This document shows positions 8,856 to 18,642 of a DNA stretch of 64,000 nt, piece by piece. Made by a program: the position numbers and the translations under genes. The stretch comes from an uncultured Solirubrobacteraceae bacterium. GTDB taxonomy: Bacteria; Actinomycetota; Thermoleophilia; Solirubrobacterales; Solirubrobacteraceae. Below the pieces are notes generated by a model. The model was not told the origin of the DNA, did no database searches, and saw only the letters and a program-made list of their open reading frames with translations. Position 1 is the first letter of the stretch, and every line of letters begins with the position of its first letter. Location: the NCBI GenBank assembly GCA_963697955.1, contig OY969106.1:1065257-1129256 (forward strand), given 5' to 3'.

Positions 8856-10592
8856 ATGAGCGCCCCGAGCAGGCTCGCGCTCGTCTTCACCCTGACGCTC
8901 ACCGCCATGCTCGCCGGCGCCACCTCGGCACTGGCCCACGCCCAGCTGCTGGGTACATCGCCCGCATCGGGGGCCACAGTGGCCAGCCAGCCCAGGCAGG
9001 TGATCTTCGAGTTCAACCAGGCAGTCGGGGGCACCCTTGGAGCGGTCCGTGTGTACAACGCCAAGGGACAGGAGGTCGACAACCTCCATGTCACCCACCC
9101 CCAAGGCCGCGAGCATTGGATGGGTGTCGGCCTACAGCCATCTCTACCCGACGGCACCTACACGGCCACCTACCGCGTGGTCTCCGCCGACACCCACATC
9201 GTCTTCGGCGGCCTAGTGTTCAACCTCGGCCACGCCGGCGCCGCCCCCTCTGTGACCGTCGCCGGGCTGATCGCCCACAGCCAGAGCGGCCGCGTCACCA
9301 AGCTCGCCTTCGGGCTCGTTCACGGCCTCGACTACCTCTCCATCGCCCTGCTGATCGGCGCCCTGGCCTTTCTGCTCGTCGCCTGGCTGCCAGCCCTCTC
9401 CGCCGTGGCAGGCCCAGAGCAGCGATGGTCGCTCGCCGCCGGCGCCTTCACCTCGCGGCTGTCCAAGCTGCTCGCCTTCGCCGTGGTGACGGGGGTCCTG
9501 GTGAGCCTGCTCGGGATCCTGCTCCAGGGTGCCTCCGCGGCAGGAGTCTCCCTGTGGTCATCGATCAAATCTGTGGTCGTGGAAAACACCCTCGAAAGCC
9601 GCTTTGGCGAGGTGTGGGGAGTGCGTGCCCTCGACTGGATCGCGCTCGGAGCGCTGCTGGCCGCCATGCGCAAGCGCAGGCGCAGCTGGCTGAAGGCGCC
9701 AATCGCACTAGGGGCCGCCTATCTCGCCCTCACCCCCGCGCTCGCCGGTCACGCGAGCATCGAGAGCCCCGTAGGCGTCTTCCTTCCCTCCGACGTGCTG
9801 CATGTGCTCGCCGCCAGCGTCTGGGTGGGCGGCATCGTGTGCCTGCTGGTCGTGCTCCCGCTCGCCACCCGAGCGCTCGAGGGCCCCGAGCGCAGCCGTC
9901 TGCTGCTCGCCACCCTCATCCGCTTCTCCCCCCTGGCGCTCGGCTGCGTGCTCGTACTCGCCCTCACCGGCGTGGTGCAGGCATACATCGACGTCCGCAG
10001 CATCGATGCGCTCCTGCACACCACCTATGGCGCCCTGATCCTCCTCAAGAGCGCACTGCTGCTGCTCCTCATCGGCCTTGGCTGGATCAATCGCAACCGG
10101 ATCATTCCTGCCCTGCGGCGGATCCTCGACATTGACGGATCCCCAGGACCGACAGGCATCGTGGCTCGTCGCACGCTGCGCAGCGAGCTGGTGCTCATGC
10201 TCGCGGTCTTCGGTGTCACCGCCGCGCTGGTCAGCTACGCCCCGCCGATCGACGCCGCCAGCGGTCCATTCTCGATCAACACCACCATCGGCCCGGCAGT
10301 CCTGGAGATGACCGTCGAACCCGCCCGGGTCGGCCTCAACACGATTCACCTCTACCTGTTCGACGCCAAGAGCGGGGGCCAGTTCACAGCCACCAAGGAG
10401 CTCACCGTCACCGCTGCGCTGCCATCCAAGGGCATCGGGCCACTGCCCTTGAAGCCAAACGTCTCCGGCCCCGGTCACTACACCCTGAACGCCGCCGTGC
10501 TCTCGCCAGGCGGCGACTGGACGGTCAAGCTCGTCGACCGCATCTCTGAATTCGAAGAGTTCACCCGCACCGTGCAGGTCCCGATTCGATGA
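8856..10592 (+). CDS. CopC-CopD fusion copper uptake/resistance protein (YcnJ-like)
   Basis: Mature N-terminus HAQL, VSADTH motif, CopD TM region with AGHA and LHVLAASVWVGG. Confidence 0.92.
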   Translation: MSAPSRLALVFTLTLTAMLAGATSALAHAQLLGTSPASGATVASQPRQVIFEFNQAVGGTLGAVRVYNAKGQEVDNLHVTHPQGREHWMGVGLQPSLPDGTYTATYRVVSADTHIVFGGLVFNLGHAGAAPSVTVAGLIAHSQSGRVTKLAFGLVHGLDYLSIALLIGALAFLLVAWLPALSAVAGPEQRWSLAAGAFTSRLSKLLAFAVVTGVLVSLLGILLQGASAAGVSLWSSIKSVVVENTLESRFGEVWGVRALDWIALGALLAAMRKRRRSWLKAPIALGAAYLALTPALAGHASIESPVGVFLPSDVLHVLAASVWVGGIVCLLVVLPLATRALEGPERSRLLLATLIRFSPLALGCVLVLALTGVVQAYIDVRSIDALLHTTYGALILLKSALLLLLIGLGWINRNRIIPALRRILDIDGSPGPTGIVARRTLRSELVLMLAVFGVTAALVSYAPPIDAASGPFSINTTIGPAVLEMTVEPARVGLNTIHLYLFDAKSGGQFTATKELTVTAALPSKGIGPLPLKPNVSGPGHYTLNAAVLSPGGDWTVKLVDRISEFEEFTRTVQVPIR

Positions 10593-10661
10593 TCGCCCGC
10601 CACACCAGCCGGCGAAGCCGCCCAATCCCAACCCTCACCCACCCAGGAGGAGCGCCCCAGC

Positions 10662-11399
10662 ATGAAGACCATCAAGCTTGCCCTGCCGATCGCCGTGGCG
10701 GCACTGCTCGCGCCGCCAGCCGCACAGGCGCACATCAGCCTGCACCCAAACACGATCCCCGCCGGAGCCTTCGCCACGATCGACGTGCGCGTCCCCGGCG
10801 AGCAGGAAGGGGCCTATGTCAAGCGTGTCGACACCCTCTTCCCCCCGGGGTTCACCGGCGTGGACTACGAGAACGTGCCCGGCTGGAGCGCGAAGGTGAT
10901 CGAAACCAAGCTCCCCACCCCCATCAAAGAAGACGGCGAAACAATCGACACCGAGGTCTCCCAGATCGTGTGGAGCTGGACGGGGCCCCTCGGGCGGGTC
11001 GGAAACGGCCAGTTCGTCGAGTTGCCACTCTCACTGGCGATCCCCGCCACAGCAGGTGGACAGGCGCTCCTGTTGAAGACCGTCCAGACCTACAGCAATG
11101 GACAGGTCGTGCACTGGATCGACCCCTCGCTGAGCGCCGAACACCCAGCCCCGAGGATCAACGTCACCGCCAAAGGCGGTGTCATCGAGGACGTCGCCGG
11201 CGCCGAGGCGGGCCCCGAAGCGGGGCAGGGCGCCAACTCCAACTCCTCCCCTGCGACCCCACCGAGCCCGGACAGGGTGAAACCGAGCTCGAGCGCAAGC
11301 AATGGCCTCGCTCTCGCCGCCCTGATCCTCGGCGCCCTCGGCCTGATCGCTGGATTGGGCGCTCTCTATCGCGGATCCGCTCGATCCACGTTCCAGTGA
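10662..11399 (+). CDS. ycnI: YcnI family (DUF1775) copper-binding protein
   Basis: AQA|HISLHP, RVPGE, PGW, QTYSNG..VHW, HPAP, C-terminal TM. Confidence 0.88.
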   Translation: MKTIKLALPIAVAALLAPPAAQAHISLHPNTIPAGAFATIDVRVPGEQEGAYVKRVDTLFPPGFTGVDYENVPGWSAKVIETKLPTPIKEDGETIDTEVSQIVWSWTGPLGRVGNGQFVELPLSLAIPATAGGQALLLKTVQTYSNGQVVHWIDPSLSAEHPAPRINVTAKGGVIEDVAGAEAGPEAGQGANSNSSPATPPSPDRVKPSSSASNGLALAALILGALGLIAGLGALYRGSARSTFQ

Positions 11400-12016
11400 C
11401 GTGAGGTGACACACATCCACAGCCACGGCTCCTCGTCGACAGCCTGGCCCCGCGGCGTGATGTAGAAACGCGTCACCGTGCGCTGGCCGCCCTCGTGATC
11501 GCCGTAGAGAATGTCCACCGCCAGGCCCTCGCCTGCCCGTACAGCCTCCCGCAAAGGCGCATACAGCTCGTCGTCGCGGTCGCGAACCGCCGCCTGCCAG
11601 AAGTTGATATCGCCGGATGGCACATACAGGTCGCGCTGCAGGCGGCGGAAGTCCTCGATCGCCGGCATCGGAAGATCCGATTTCGGCTGTCCCGGCGTCA
11701 TGTGCCATCCGTGCAGCACCGCCAGCCCCGCCGCCACGTTGCGCAGCGGAATCGCGAAATACAGCTTGTCGTCGTGGATCTGGGCGGCGGCGAGCCCGTC
11801 ACGCAGTCGCAGCCAGTGGGAATCGGCGAAGCCCACCTTCTGCGGCTGATCCTGCGGTCGGGCATTGAACAGCACCGGGCGCAGACCCACCTTCAACGCC
11901 TGCTCCGACACCCGAGCCGCCCGGTTGGCAGAGCGGGTGGAGGAGAAGGTGGCGAGCGCCAGGATCAGCGTGCCCCCGGCCGTGGCAAGCGAGGCGATCG
12001 TGCTCGTGTCGGACAT
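11366..12016 (-). CDS. hypothetical protein with N-terminal TM
   Basis: 216-aa ORF directly downstream of the TrkA-N gene. Confidence 0.7.
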   Translation of the reverse strand: MSDTSTIASLATAGGTLILALATFSSTRSANRAARVSEQALKVGLRPVLFNARPQDQPQKVGFADSHWLRLRDGLAAAQIHDDKLYFAIPLRNVAAGLAVLHGWHMTPGQPKSDLPMPAIEDFRRLQRDLYVPSGDINFWQAAVRDRDDELYAPLREAVRAGEGLAVDILYGDHEGGQRTVTRFYITPRGQAVDEEPWLWMCVTSRHWNVDRADPR

Positions 12017-12027
12017 CGCCGCCCAGG

Positions 12028-13179
12028 CTAGCTGCCCGCCGGGGCGGGCTCAACGCTCTGACCCGAGGCACGCAGGCCCTCGAGCATCGTCTCCGAGGCG
12101 ATCTTGTGGGCGTCGCAGATCCGGCCCAGATGCAGCAGCGAGTCGGTCTCAGCCGCCACCTCGCCGTCGCCCAGGCGCAACACCAGTGGGACGCCAGGTG
12201 CAAGATCGCTGGCGGCCAGACCCACCGCGACGTTGACCAGGTCGGCCGACGTCACCGCCGCCACCACCGCGCAGTGGCGGATGCCGAGACGCTCGAGCGT
12301 CTCACGATCGTCGCCCCGGCCGATCGCCACCGGGATTCCCGCTGCGCGCGCGAGACGCACACACGGCGCCTGGGGGTCTTGCTCCACCCCGAGCACCGCC
12401 ACACCGCGGCGATGCAGCTCCTGGGCCAGGCGAAACCCGACCTGGCCAAAACCCACGAGCAGCACGTGGTGGCGCGCCGGCGCCGCCCTCGCCCCCAGCA
12501 GCGTCGTCAGCCGCGGGCGGCTGAGACGGCGCACGAGCGCAGCGGTGAACACCGCCACCAGCAGCAGCGCCGCGAGCGTGTCCAGCGCAGAGAGCGCCTT
12601 GTACCACGCCGCCCCCGAGGCCGCTCCCGGTGCCCCTGCCACCGTGGCAACCGAGCGGGTGCTGAAGTACAGCGCATCCACCACCCCCTCGTGCAGGGCG
12701 ATCATCGAGATGGCTCCCTCGAAGATCAGCGCCAGCAGCAGACCCACGCCGGCTCGCGCCAGCAGCCTGAGCGCGTCGTCGACCAGCCGGATGCCGCGGC
12801 GACCCCGCCGTGAGGCCTCGGGGCCAGCCGCCGAGATGCACTGCTCGGCGAGGTCCTCGGCCACGAGTTCAGAGGGCGAGACCACGTGCACCGCAGGCAC
12901 CACATGCTGGAGCTCGCGGGTGATCGTACGGTCGAACATCGTCACCCACAGCGGGAGATCCGGGCGCAGGTGAGCGCTCAGCAGGGTCAACCGCAGCGCG
13001 AGCACGTCGTCACGGGTAACCACCGCCACCGCATCCCAGCGCGGCTGCGCCAGGATCCTCGACAGCTCGCTGTCGCTGAGCGACGTCGCGGCCTCCACGG
13101 CCATCCCATTCTGCTCCAGTCGACGCACCAGCGCCGCGCCCAATCCCCCCGCTTCGCCGATCACCAGTACCGTGTGCAC
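12028..13179 (-). CDS. TrkA-N/RCK NAD-binding, K+ channel-related protein
   Basis: Two RCK-like domains (GFGQVG) flanking TM segments with DALYFS. Confidence 0.8.
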   Translation of the reverse strand: MHTVLVIGEAGGLGAALVRRLEQNGMAVEAATSLSDSELSRILAQPRWDAVAVVTRDDVLALRLTLLSAHLRPDLPLWVTMFDRTITRELQHVVPAVHVVSPSELVAEDLAEQCISAAGPEASRRGRRGIRLVDDALRLLARAGVGLLLALIFEGAISMIALHEGVVDALYFSTRSVATVAGAPGAASGAAWYKALSALDTLAALLLVAVFTAALVRRLSRPRLTTLLGARAAPARHHVLLVGFGQVGFRLAQELHRRGVAVLGVEQDPQAPCVRLARAAGIPVAIGRGDDRETLERLGIRHCAVVAAVTSADLVNVAVGLAASDLAPGVPLVLRLGDGEVAAETDSLLHLGRICDAHKIASETMLEGLRASGQSVEPAPAGS

Positions 13180-13430
13180 ATGCGCACTATCTCACGACTC
13201 CAGGAGGACCGTACGCTAGGATGAGCCTGCGTCCTCTGGGACTCCTGAGGGGTCGTGGGGGCGCAGCTACAGCGGTAGGACGCGCTGGCACCGCAGGGCC
13301 GTCGCTCGTTCGACTTGTTCGAAGCAGCCGGGGCCGTGCAGCCGGGGGGGACTCTCGCACAGCCAATTCTTTGTGCGGAGGTCGCAATGCCTGTTTTTCT
13401 ATGCTGCTGTCCGTCTTACGGCCTCAAGCG

Positions 13431-13829
13431 ATGATCGAGCCGCTGCCGCCCACAGGCCTCGACATCGAGGAACTCGAGCACGACGGTCGCTACCGGCTGC
13501 TCCTCACAGGCGAACTGGACATCGCCTCCGTCCCCAGCCTCGAAGCCTCCGTCTCACGGCTGTGCGTAGACGGAACGCGCGCGATCACGCTCGACCTCAG
13601 CAGGCTGCTGTTCATCGACTCCACCGGCCTCGCCGCAATCGTGTTCGCCGGCAAGCTCTGCGACAAGCACGGCTGTCAGTTCTCTCTGGTTCCCGGCTCG
13701 AGCGCCGTCCAACGCCTGTTCGAGTTGACGGGGCTGATCGACGTGCTGCCCTTCACCGGCAACTCTCATGTGCATGACGGAGCCGAGCCGGCGAGCGAGC
13801 GCCCGAAAGACCCGATTCAAGCGTCCTGA
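13431..13829 (+). CDS. STAS-domain anti-sigma factor antagonist
   Basis: GELDIAS, LDLSRLLFIDSTGL, RLFELTGL. Confidence 0.9.
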   Translation: MIEPLPPTGLDIEELEHDGRYRLLLTGELDIASVPSLEASVSRLCVDGTRAITLDLSRLLFIDSTGLAAIVFAGKLCDKHGCQFSLVPGSSAVQRLFELTGLIDVLPFTGNSHVHDGAEPASERPKDPIQAS

Positions 13830-13892
13830 GCGCGCGCACCGTTCGCCCGCTGTCGTCGCGAGAGCAAGCGAGTCTGCTGTTTCACCCATTAA

Positions 13893-13920
13893 TTACTGTA
13901 TCGCAATGGTTATACAGTAA
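13893..13920. repeat. recurring 20-bp palindromic element, copy 1
   Basis: TTAC-TGTATCGCAATGGTTATACA-GTAA; core 13897-13916. Confidence 0.8.
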
Positions 13921-14221
13921 CTGCTCTCCTACCTAGGGAAGCCCCCTCCGCCGCACTCATGCCCTGCCTACCCCCGCTCGAAAGCACCCGGTCGGCCAGA
14001 ACCCGGCATCGCGCCCGACAGGATCGCCAGAGTTCCAATCAGCCGAAGTACCGAGTTTGGACTCCGACGGAATGTTCGCCGTTTCTTAATGTTCGCTCGC
14101 AGCGCTCGGCTAGAGTTCTGTTGGCCCAGCGCCATGTGCGCTGCAGAGGGGGCGCGATCTCATAGGCGGCGTGGCGAGGGGCTGCGTCGAGAACGAACAC
14201 CGAAGCAGCGCGAGGAGAAAC

Positions 14222-14941
14222 ATGAAGCTCATAGGTGCGGGCATGCCGCGTACGGGAACGTTGACGCAGAAGATGGCGCTGGAGATGCTTGGATTGGGTC
14301 CCTGTTACCACATGGTCAATGTGCTGGGCGATCTCGACCAGGCGACCCTCTGGGAGCAGGCCCTCTCGGGGGAACCGCGCTGGAGGGAGATCTTCGACGG
14401 CTATGAGTCGACGGTGGACTGGCCCGGCGGCTACTTCTACCGCGAGCTCGCCGAGTTCTACCCCGACGCCAAGGTCCTGTTGAGCGTCCGCGACCCCGAG
14501 GCGTGGGAGCGCAGCATGCGTCAGACCGTGTGGGCGGTGCGCAACGGCGAGTCGCTGATCCGGCTGCTGTCGAGCGCGCAGGGCTGCGTGGACCCCCAGT
14601 GGCGCGGCTTCCTCAGCATGATCGACGGGCTTCTGTGGCAGGGCCAGGGCACCTTCGCCGGCGGCCATTCCGAGCCCCAGCAGATGATCGACGCCATGAA
14701 CCGACACAACGAGGAAGTCAAGAGCGTGATCGCCCCCGAGCGCCTGCTCGTGTGGAGCGTCTCGGACGGATGGGAGCCGCTGTGCGAGTTCCTCGAGCTG
14801 CCGGTCCCCGGCGTGCCATTGCCCCACATCAACGACCGCACCGAGTTCTTGAACCGCATAATCGACGGCTCGCTGGCAAGCCTGCAGGAGTGGCGCGCAC
14901 GTGAGAGCTCCGTCGAGCCGGCCTTCGCTGTCGAGGGCTGA
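14222..14941 (+). CDS. sulfotransferase family protein (P-loop)
   Basis: IGAGMPRTGT, CYHM, VDWP, DGWEPLCEFL; GAGGAG SD. Confidence 0.9.
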   Translation: MKLIGAGMPRTGTLTQKMALEMLGLGPCYHMVNVLGDLDQATLWEQALSGEPRWREIFDGYESTVDWPGGYFYRELAEFYPDAKVLLSVRDPEAWERSMRQTVWAVRNGESLIRLLSSAQGCVDPQWRGFLSMIDGLLWQGQGTFAGGHSEPQQMIDAMNRHNEEVKSVIAPERLLVWSVSDGWEPLCEFLELPVPGVPLPHINDRTEFLNRIIDGSLASLQEWRARESSVEPAFAVEG

Positions 14942-15018
14942 ACGGACCGGATGATGGGCACAGGGGCAGCGTCCGCCGGCCGGAACACGGCCCGGCTGGC
15001 GGCGCTGATTCCCAGGAC

Positions 15019-15423
15019 CTACAGCTCGAGGTAGCGCAGCATGATCCGCCCGACGACGATCACGTCGCCGTTGGCCAGATCCGCCTGCTGGATGCGTCGT
15101 CCGTTCACGAAGGTGCCATTTGAGCTGCGATCGTCGAGCACCCTTGCTCCGGTGGGTCGGGGCACGAGGATCGCGTGGCGTCGTGATACGGAGCTCTCGT
15201 CGAGGTGCAGGTCCGCGGAGAGCCCGCGGCCGATGTGGATCGCCTCCGTTCCCAACGGGATCAGCAGCGTTCGATCGGGCCCCTCGACCTGTATGTAGCG
15301 ACCCGGAACCACAGGGTCTGTGAGCGCGGCCGTGTGGCGTACGCGCTCATCCAAGCAGGCCGTCGGATCGAACCTCTCGGTGAGCCCATCGGCGGGGAGG
15401 CGGACGAGTGTCTGTGAGGTCAT
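15019..15423 (-). CDS. FHA domain protein
   Basis: IGRG, SVSRRHA, SSNGTFVNG. Confidence 0.9.
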   Translation of the reverse strand: MTSQTLVRLPADGLTERFDPTACLDERVRHTAALTDPVVPGRYIQVEGPDRTLLIPLGTEAIHIGRGLSADLHLDESSVSRRHAILVPRPTGARVLDDRSSNGTFVNGRRIQQADLANGDVIVVGRIMLRYLEL

Positions 15424-15530
15424 AGGCACTAGCAAAGCCCATGCTACTCACGCTTACCTCAACGCTCGTTAAGAACTTCCGAAGCCAAAATGGGCTGCTG
15501 GCGGACCTTTGAGGCTCTCCGGAGTGCTGC

Positions 15531-15683
15531 TCAGCTTGCGCTGGCGCCGGCCCGCGGACCGCGACCCGACTTCTTGCGGGCCATACGCTTGGAGCTCCAC
15601 CAGCCCCAGCCGCCAACGCCCACGACGGGCACGACGTAGAGCATCGAGATGTACCAGTGCGTCAAGCAGGCCAGCGGTGCCAT
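15531..15683 (-). CDS. small membrane protein (50 aa, below the ORF-track cutoff)
   Basis: MAPLACLTHWYISMLYVVPVVGVGGWGWWSSKRMARKK...; TAGGTT-N7-ATG leaderless start. Confidence 0.7.
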   Translation of the reverse strand: MAPLACLTHWYISMLYVVPVVGVGGWGWWSSKRMARKKSGRGPRAGASAS

Positions 15684-15710
15684 TGCATGAAACCTATCAC
15701 CGGCCGCGGC

Positions 15711-17135
15711 TCACGTCCCCACGGAGGAGAGCAGCCACAGCCCGAAGCTCGTGAAGGCCACCATCACGGCCAGCATCCAATACTGGCTGCGCACAGCCTC
15801 CTCAGGGTCCTTGTAGAGCACCAGGGCGCGGTCGTGCGCGAGCGCCAGCCCCGCCACATGGCCGGCGACTAGGGCGGCAACCTGGACGTACCAGATGCCG
15901 GCGTAGGAGATCACGTGGTAGTCGATCTGGTAGGAGCTGGAACCAAACAGATTCGATCCGTTGCCCAACGGATCGGAGATCAGATAGGCCATCGCCTGGC
16001 CCTGCCACAGCAGCAGCGAGAAGTAGTGCGCGAGCACGTAGGCGAAGGAGATCGGCACGAGCGAGTGCGCGAAGCTTCGCCACAGCTCATCGCTGCCATA
16101 GCGCCCGCTCACGCTGCGTACGCCGAGGATCCCCACCCGGTAGACGGCGAGGATCAGAAGGATGCAGAGCACCAACCCCACCGAGTAGGTCAGCTCCTGC
16201 GCCGGCGTCGATGAGAGCCCGAGGTCGGAGAACACGCTCTGCAGGCTCGGCTCGTTGTTGCGCCAGATCCCGCCGTTGGAGAAGCCGTCGAACGTGGTCG
16301 TGCCCACCAGCGCGCAGACCAGCACGATCGTGCCGGGGCGGATGCGAAGGTCGGTGATCCCGCTCAGCGGTCTGCGCACATACAGCTTCCCGTCAGGCGC
16401 TCGCACCAGTGCGGAGAGCTTTGCCAGCAGCCCGAAGTAGACCCCGAAGCCATCGCCTGCTCCCCACTCCTCCACACCGAACAGCACCATTCCCACGAGC
16501 ATCACGAGGAAGTAGCCGAGCGAAAGCGCGGCGAGCGTGGAGGGATTGTCGCGTTCCACGTACACCAGCTCCAGCCAGGCAAAGCCGATGAGTCCAGCCA
16601 CCGCCGGCCAGTTGCCGAGCCACGCCGGATAGGTCAGCGGAGGGCCGGCATCGGAGCCTCGGATCCGGCCGCTGAGCGCCTGGAGCACCCGCGCGCAGCT
16701 CCGCCAGGGGCTGAATGCCCGAAAGACGTCTCCAAACAACACGCTGGCCACCGGCAGGCCCACCCAGAAGATCACGTAGACGAAGGTCACCGAGAAGTTC
16801 GCATTGGCCACCTGGGCGCCGGCGAACCCGCTGTAGATCACGACCACGAACAACCCCACACCCACCACGCCAGCCAGCCATTCCAGGGGAGCGGGAAAGG
16901 AGAAGAGCCCGCGCCGGTGCTGGTCCTGCAGCTGGGGGGTGCGCCACAGCGTGGACAGCGCCACGAACGAGACCACGAGCACGATCGCAGCCGTCCAGCT
17001 GAACAGCCACACGGGAATCGGGAGGTCGGCCTTGCCCACGATCCCATGAGCCTGCGCGACCGCCGGCAACAACAGCGCGACCACGCCCAGTCCCCATGCC
17101 AGCGCTGCGACGGTGCGACGGGACGGGGCTCTCAT
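15711..17135 (-). CDS. polytopic membrane protein, FedB-like ('fenitrothion hydrolase') family
   Basis: AHGIVGKADLPIP start, FWVG, TTFDG, AHYF, GHV..AHDRA. Confidence 0.75.
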   Translation of the reverse strand: MRAPSRRTVAALAWGLGVVALLLPAVAQAHGIVGKADLPIPVWLFSWTAAIVLVVSFVALSTLWRTPQLQDQHRRGLFSFPAPLEWLAGVVGVGLFVVVIYSGFAGAQVANANFSVTFVYVIFWVGLPVASVLFGDVFRAFSPWRSCARVLQALSGRIRGSDAGPPLTYPAWLGNWPAVAGLIGFAWLELVYVERDNPSTLAALSLGYFLVMLVGMVLFGVEEWGAGDGFGVYFGLLAKLSALVRAPDGKLYVRRPLSGITDLRIRPGTIVLVCALVGTTTFDGFSNGGIWRNNEPSLQSVFSDLGLSSTPAQELTYSVGLVLCILLILAVYRVGILGVRSVSGRYGSDELWRSFAHSLVPISFAYVLAHYFSLLLWQGQAMAYLISDPLGNGSNLFGSSSYQIDYHVISYAGIWYVQVAALVAGHVAGLALAHDRALVLYKDPEEAVRSQYWMLAVMVAFTSFGLWLLSSVGT

Positions 17136-17208
17136 GCCGGGTGCAGTCTATGGAAAGCGCGCTCTCCGCCTCGCCGATCACACGTTGCCCCGAGTAATCT
17201 GACCGGGC

Positions 17209-18117
17209 ATGAACCTCGTCCCGCTCGCAGTCTCCTCCGACGTCTCAGCCGCCTTCCAGCTCGGACCGCTCGCCCTTCTCGGGCTGCTCTATGCCCGCCG
17301 GGCCCGAACGCTCGCGCTCAACGGCCATCCCGTGTCCGGCTGGCGTCAGGCCTGCTTCTACGGAGGCTTCGTGCTGATCGGCGCGGCGCTCACCTCGCTC
17401 GGCGGGGCGGCCGAGGAACTGCTCTACGTGCACATGATCGAGCACCTGCTGCTAGGCGACATAGCGGCGCTCTTGATCGTGCTGGGACTGACCGGGCCGA
17501 TGCTCGCGCCGATCCTCCGCATCGGCTTCTTCGACCGCCTGCGCGCGCTCTCCCACCCGGCCATCGCCTTCCCCCTGTGGGCTGTGGACCTGTACGTGTG
17601 GCACCTGCCCTCGCTCTACCAGGCGGCGCTGCGCCACTCGGGAGTGCACGCCATCGAGCACGCCATGTTCCTCGGCCTCGGAATCAACATGTGGATGTGC
17701 CTGTTCGGACCGCTGCCCACGCCGGCGTGGTTCGGCAACCTCGGCAAGCTCCTCTACATCGTCGTCGTGCGTCTCGCCGGCACCGTCCTGGGGAATATCT
17801 TCCTGTGGTCCGGCAGCGTCTTCTATCCCTTCTACCTCCACGGCGACGCCGTTTACCACATCTCCCCTCTGGCCGACCAGAACCTGGCGGGGGCGATCAT
17901 GATGGTGGAGGAGTCGATCCTGACGCTGGGGCTGTTCTGCTGGCTGTTCCTGCGCACCGCCCGCGAGGGCGAGGAGCGCCAGGACCTGCTCGACTTCGCC
18001 CATGCCCAGGGCCTGGAGCTGACCGAGGCACGCGCAGCGCGTGCCGTGGCGGCCGGTCGCGGCGATGAGCTGCGCCGACGCCTGGAGAGCCGCGCCGGAG
18101 CCGCCGAGCAGCTTTAG
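17209..18117 (+). CDS. ctaG: caa3-type cytochrome c oxidase assembly factor CtaG
   Basis: HMIEHLLL, WHLP, HAIEH, DQNLAGAIM. Confidence 0.88.
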   Translation: MNLVPLAVSSDVSAAFQLGPLALLGLLYARRARTLALNGHPVSGWRQACFYGGFVLIGAALTSLGGAAEELLYVHMIEHLLLGDIAALLIVLGLTGPMLAPILRIGFFDRLRALSHPAIAFPLWAVDLYVWHLPSLYQAALRHSGVHAIEHAMFLGLGINMWMCLFGPLPTPAWFGNLGKLLYIVVVRLAGTVLGNIFLWSGSVFYPFYLHGDAVYHISPLADQNLAGAIMMVEESILTLGLFCWLFLRTAREGEERQDLLDFAHAQGLELTEARAARAVAAGRGDELRRRLESRAGAAEQL

Positions 18118-18139
18118 GTAGCGGCGCTAGGATCGCCGG

Positions 18140-18370
18140 ATGTGCGCCGGTTGCGCAATGGCGGCTGCCTCGGCCGCCACCGGGTTCAGAAGCTGGCTCC
18201 AGACCCACCACTTCGGGTGGCTGACGCCAAAGCGGATGCGCTCGCTCACCATCGGCGCGATGTGCGCCGCCGGACTCGTCTCCACCATCGGCTTCAGCGG
18301 CTCCACCGCACCGACCACCGCCCACGCGGCGACCCATCGCGCCGCCGCGGTCGCGTCCTCGCCTCGCTAG
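18140..18370 (+). CDS. small protein with N-terminal MCxxCxM
   Basis: TAGGAT-N6-ATG start; MCAGCAM; one TM. Confidence 0.65.
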   Translation: MCAGCAMAAASAATGFRSWLQTHHFGWLTPKRMRSLTIGAMCAAGLVSTIGFSGSTAPTTAHAATHRAAAVASSPR

Positions 18371-18642
18371 CCGCCCGCCACCGCGGGAAGGATCGTCAAC
18401 TCCGAGCCGTCTTTGACCGGTGTCTGCAGCCCGTCGAGAAAGCGGATGTCCTCGCCGGCGAGATACACGTTGACGAATCGCCGTAGCGTGCCATCGTCGT
18501 CGGAGATGCGAGCCCGCAGCTCCTCGAAGCGCTCGAACAGCCCGTTCAGCACCTCCTGCACGGTCGCTCCGTCGAGCACCGTCTCGGCCTCGCCGCCTGA
18601 AGCGGATCGCAGCTGCGTGGGGATCTTCACCACGACGGACAT
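18367..18642 (-). CDS. MoaD/ThiS ubiquitin-like sulfur carrier
   Basis: C-terminal PAVAGG; RRFVNVY. Confidence 0.92.
   Translation of the reverse strand: MSVVVKIPTQLRSASGGEAETVLDGATVQEVLNGLFERFEELRARISDDDGTLRRFVNVYLAGEDIRFLDGLQTPVKDGSELTILPAVAGG

Noticed and set aside
13893-13920. Palindrome read as an E. coli-type LexA box or the chromosomal dif site
   Set aside because: Spacing is CTGT-N14-ACAG rather than N8; it lacks the XerD arm TTATGTYAA; the core occurs three times; a Gram-positive SOS box is present elsewhere.
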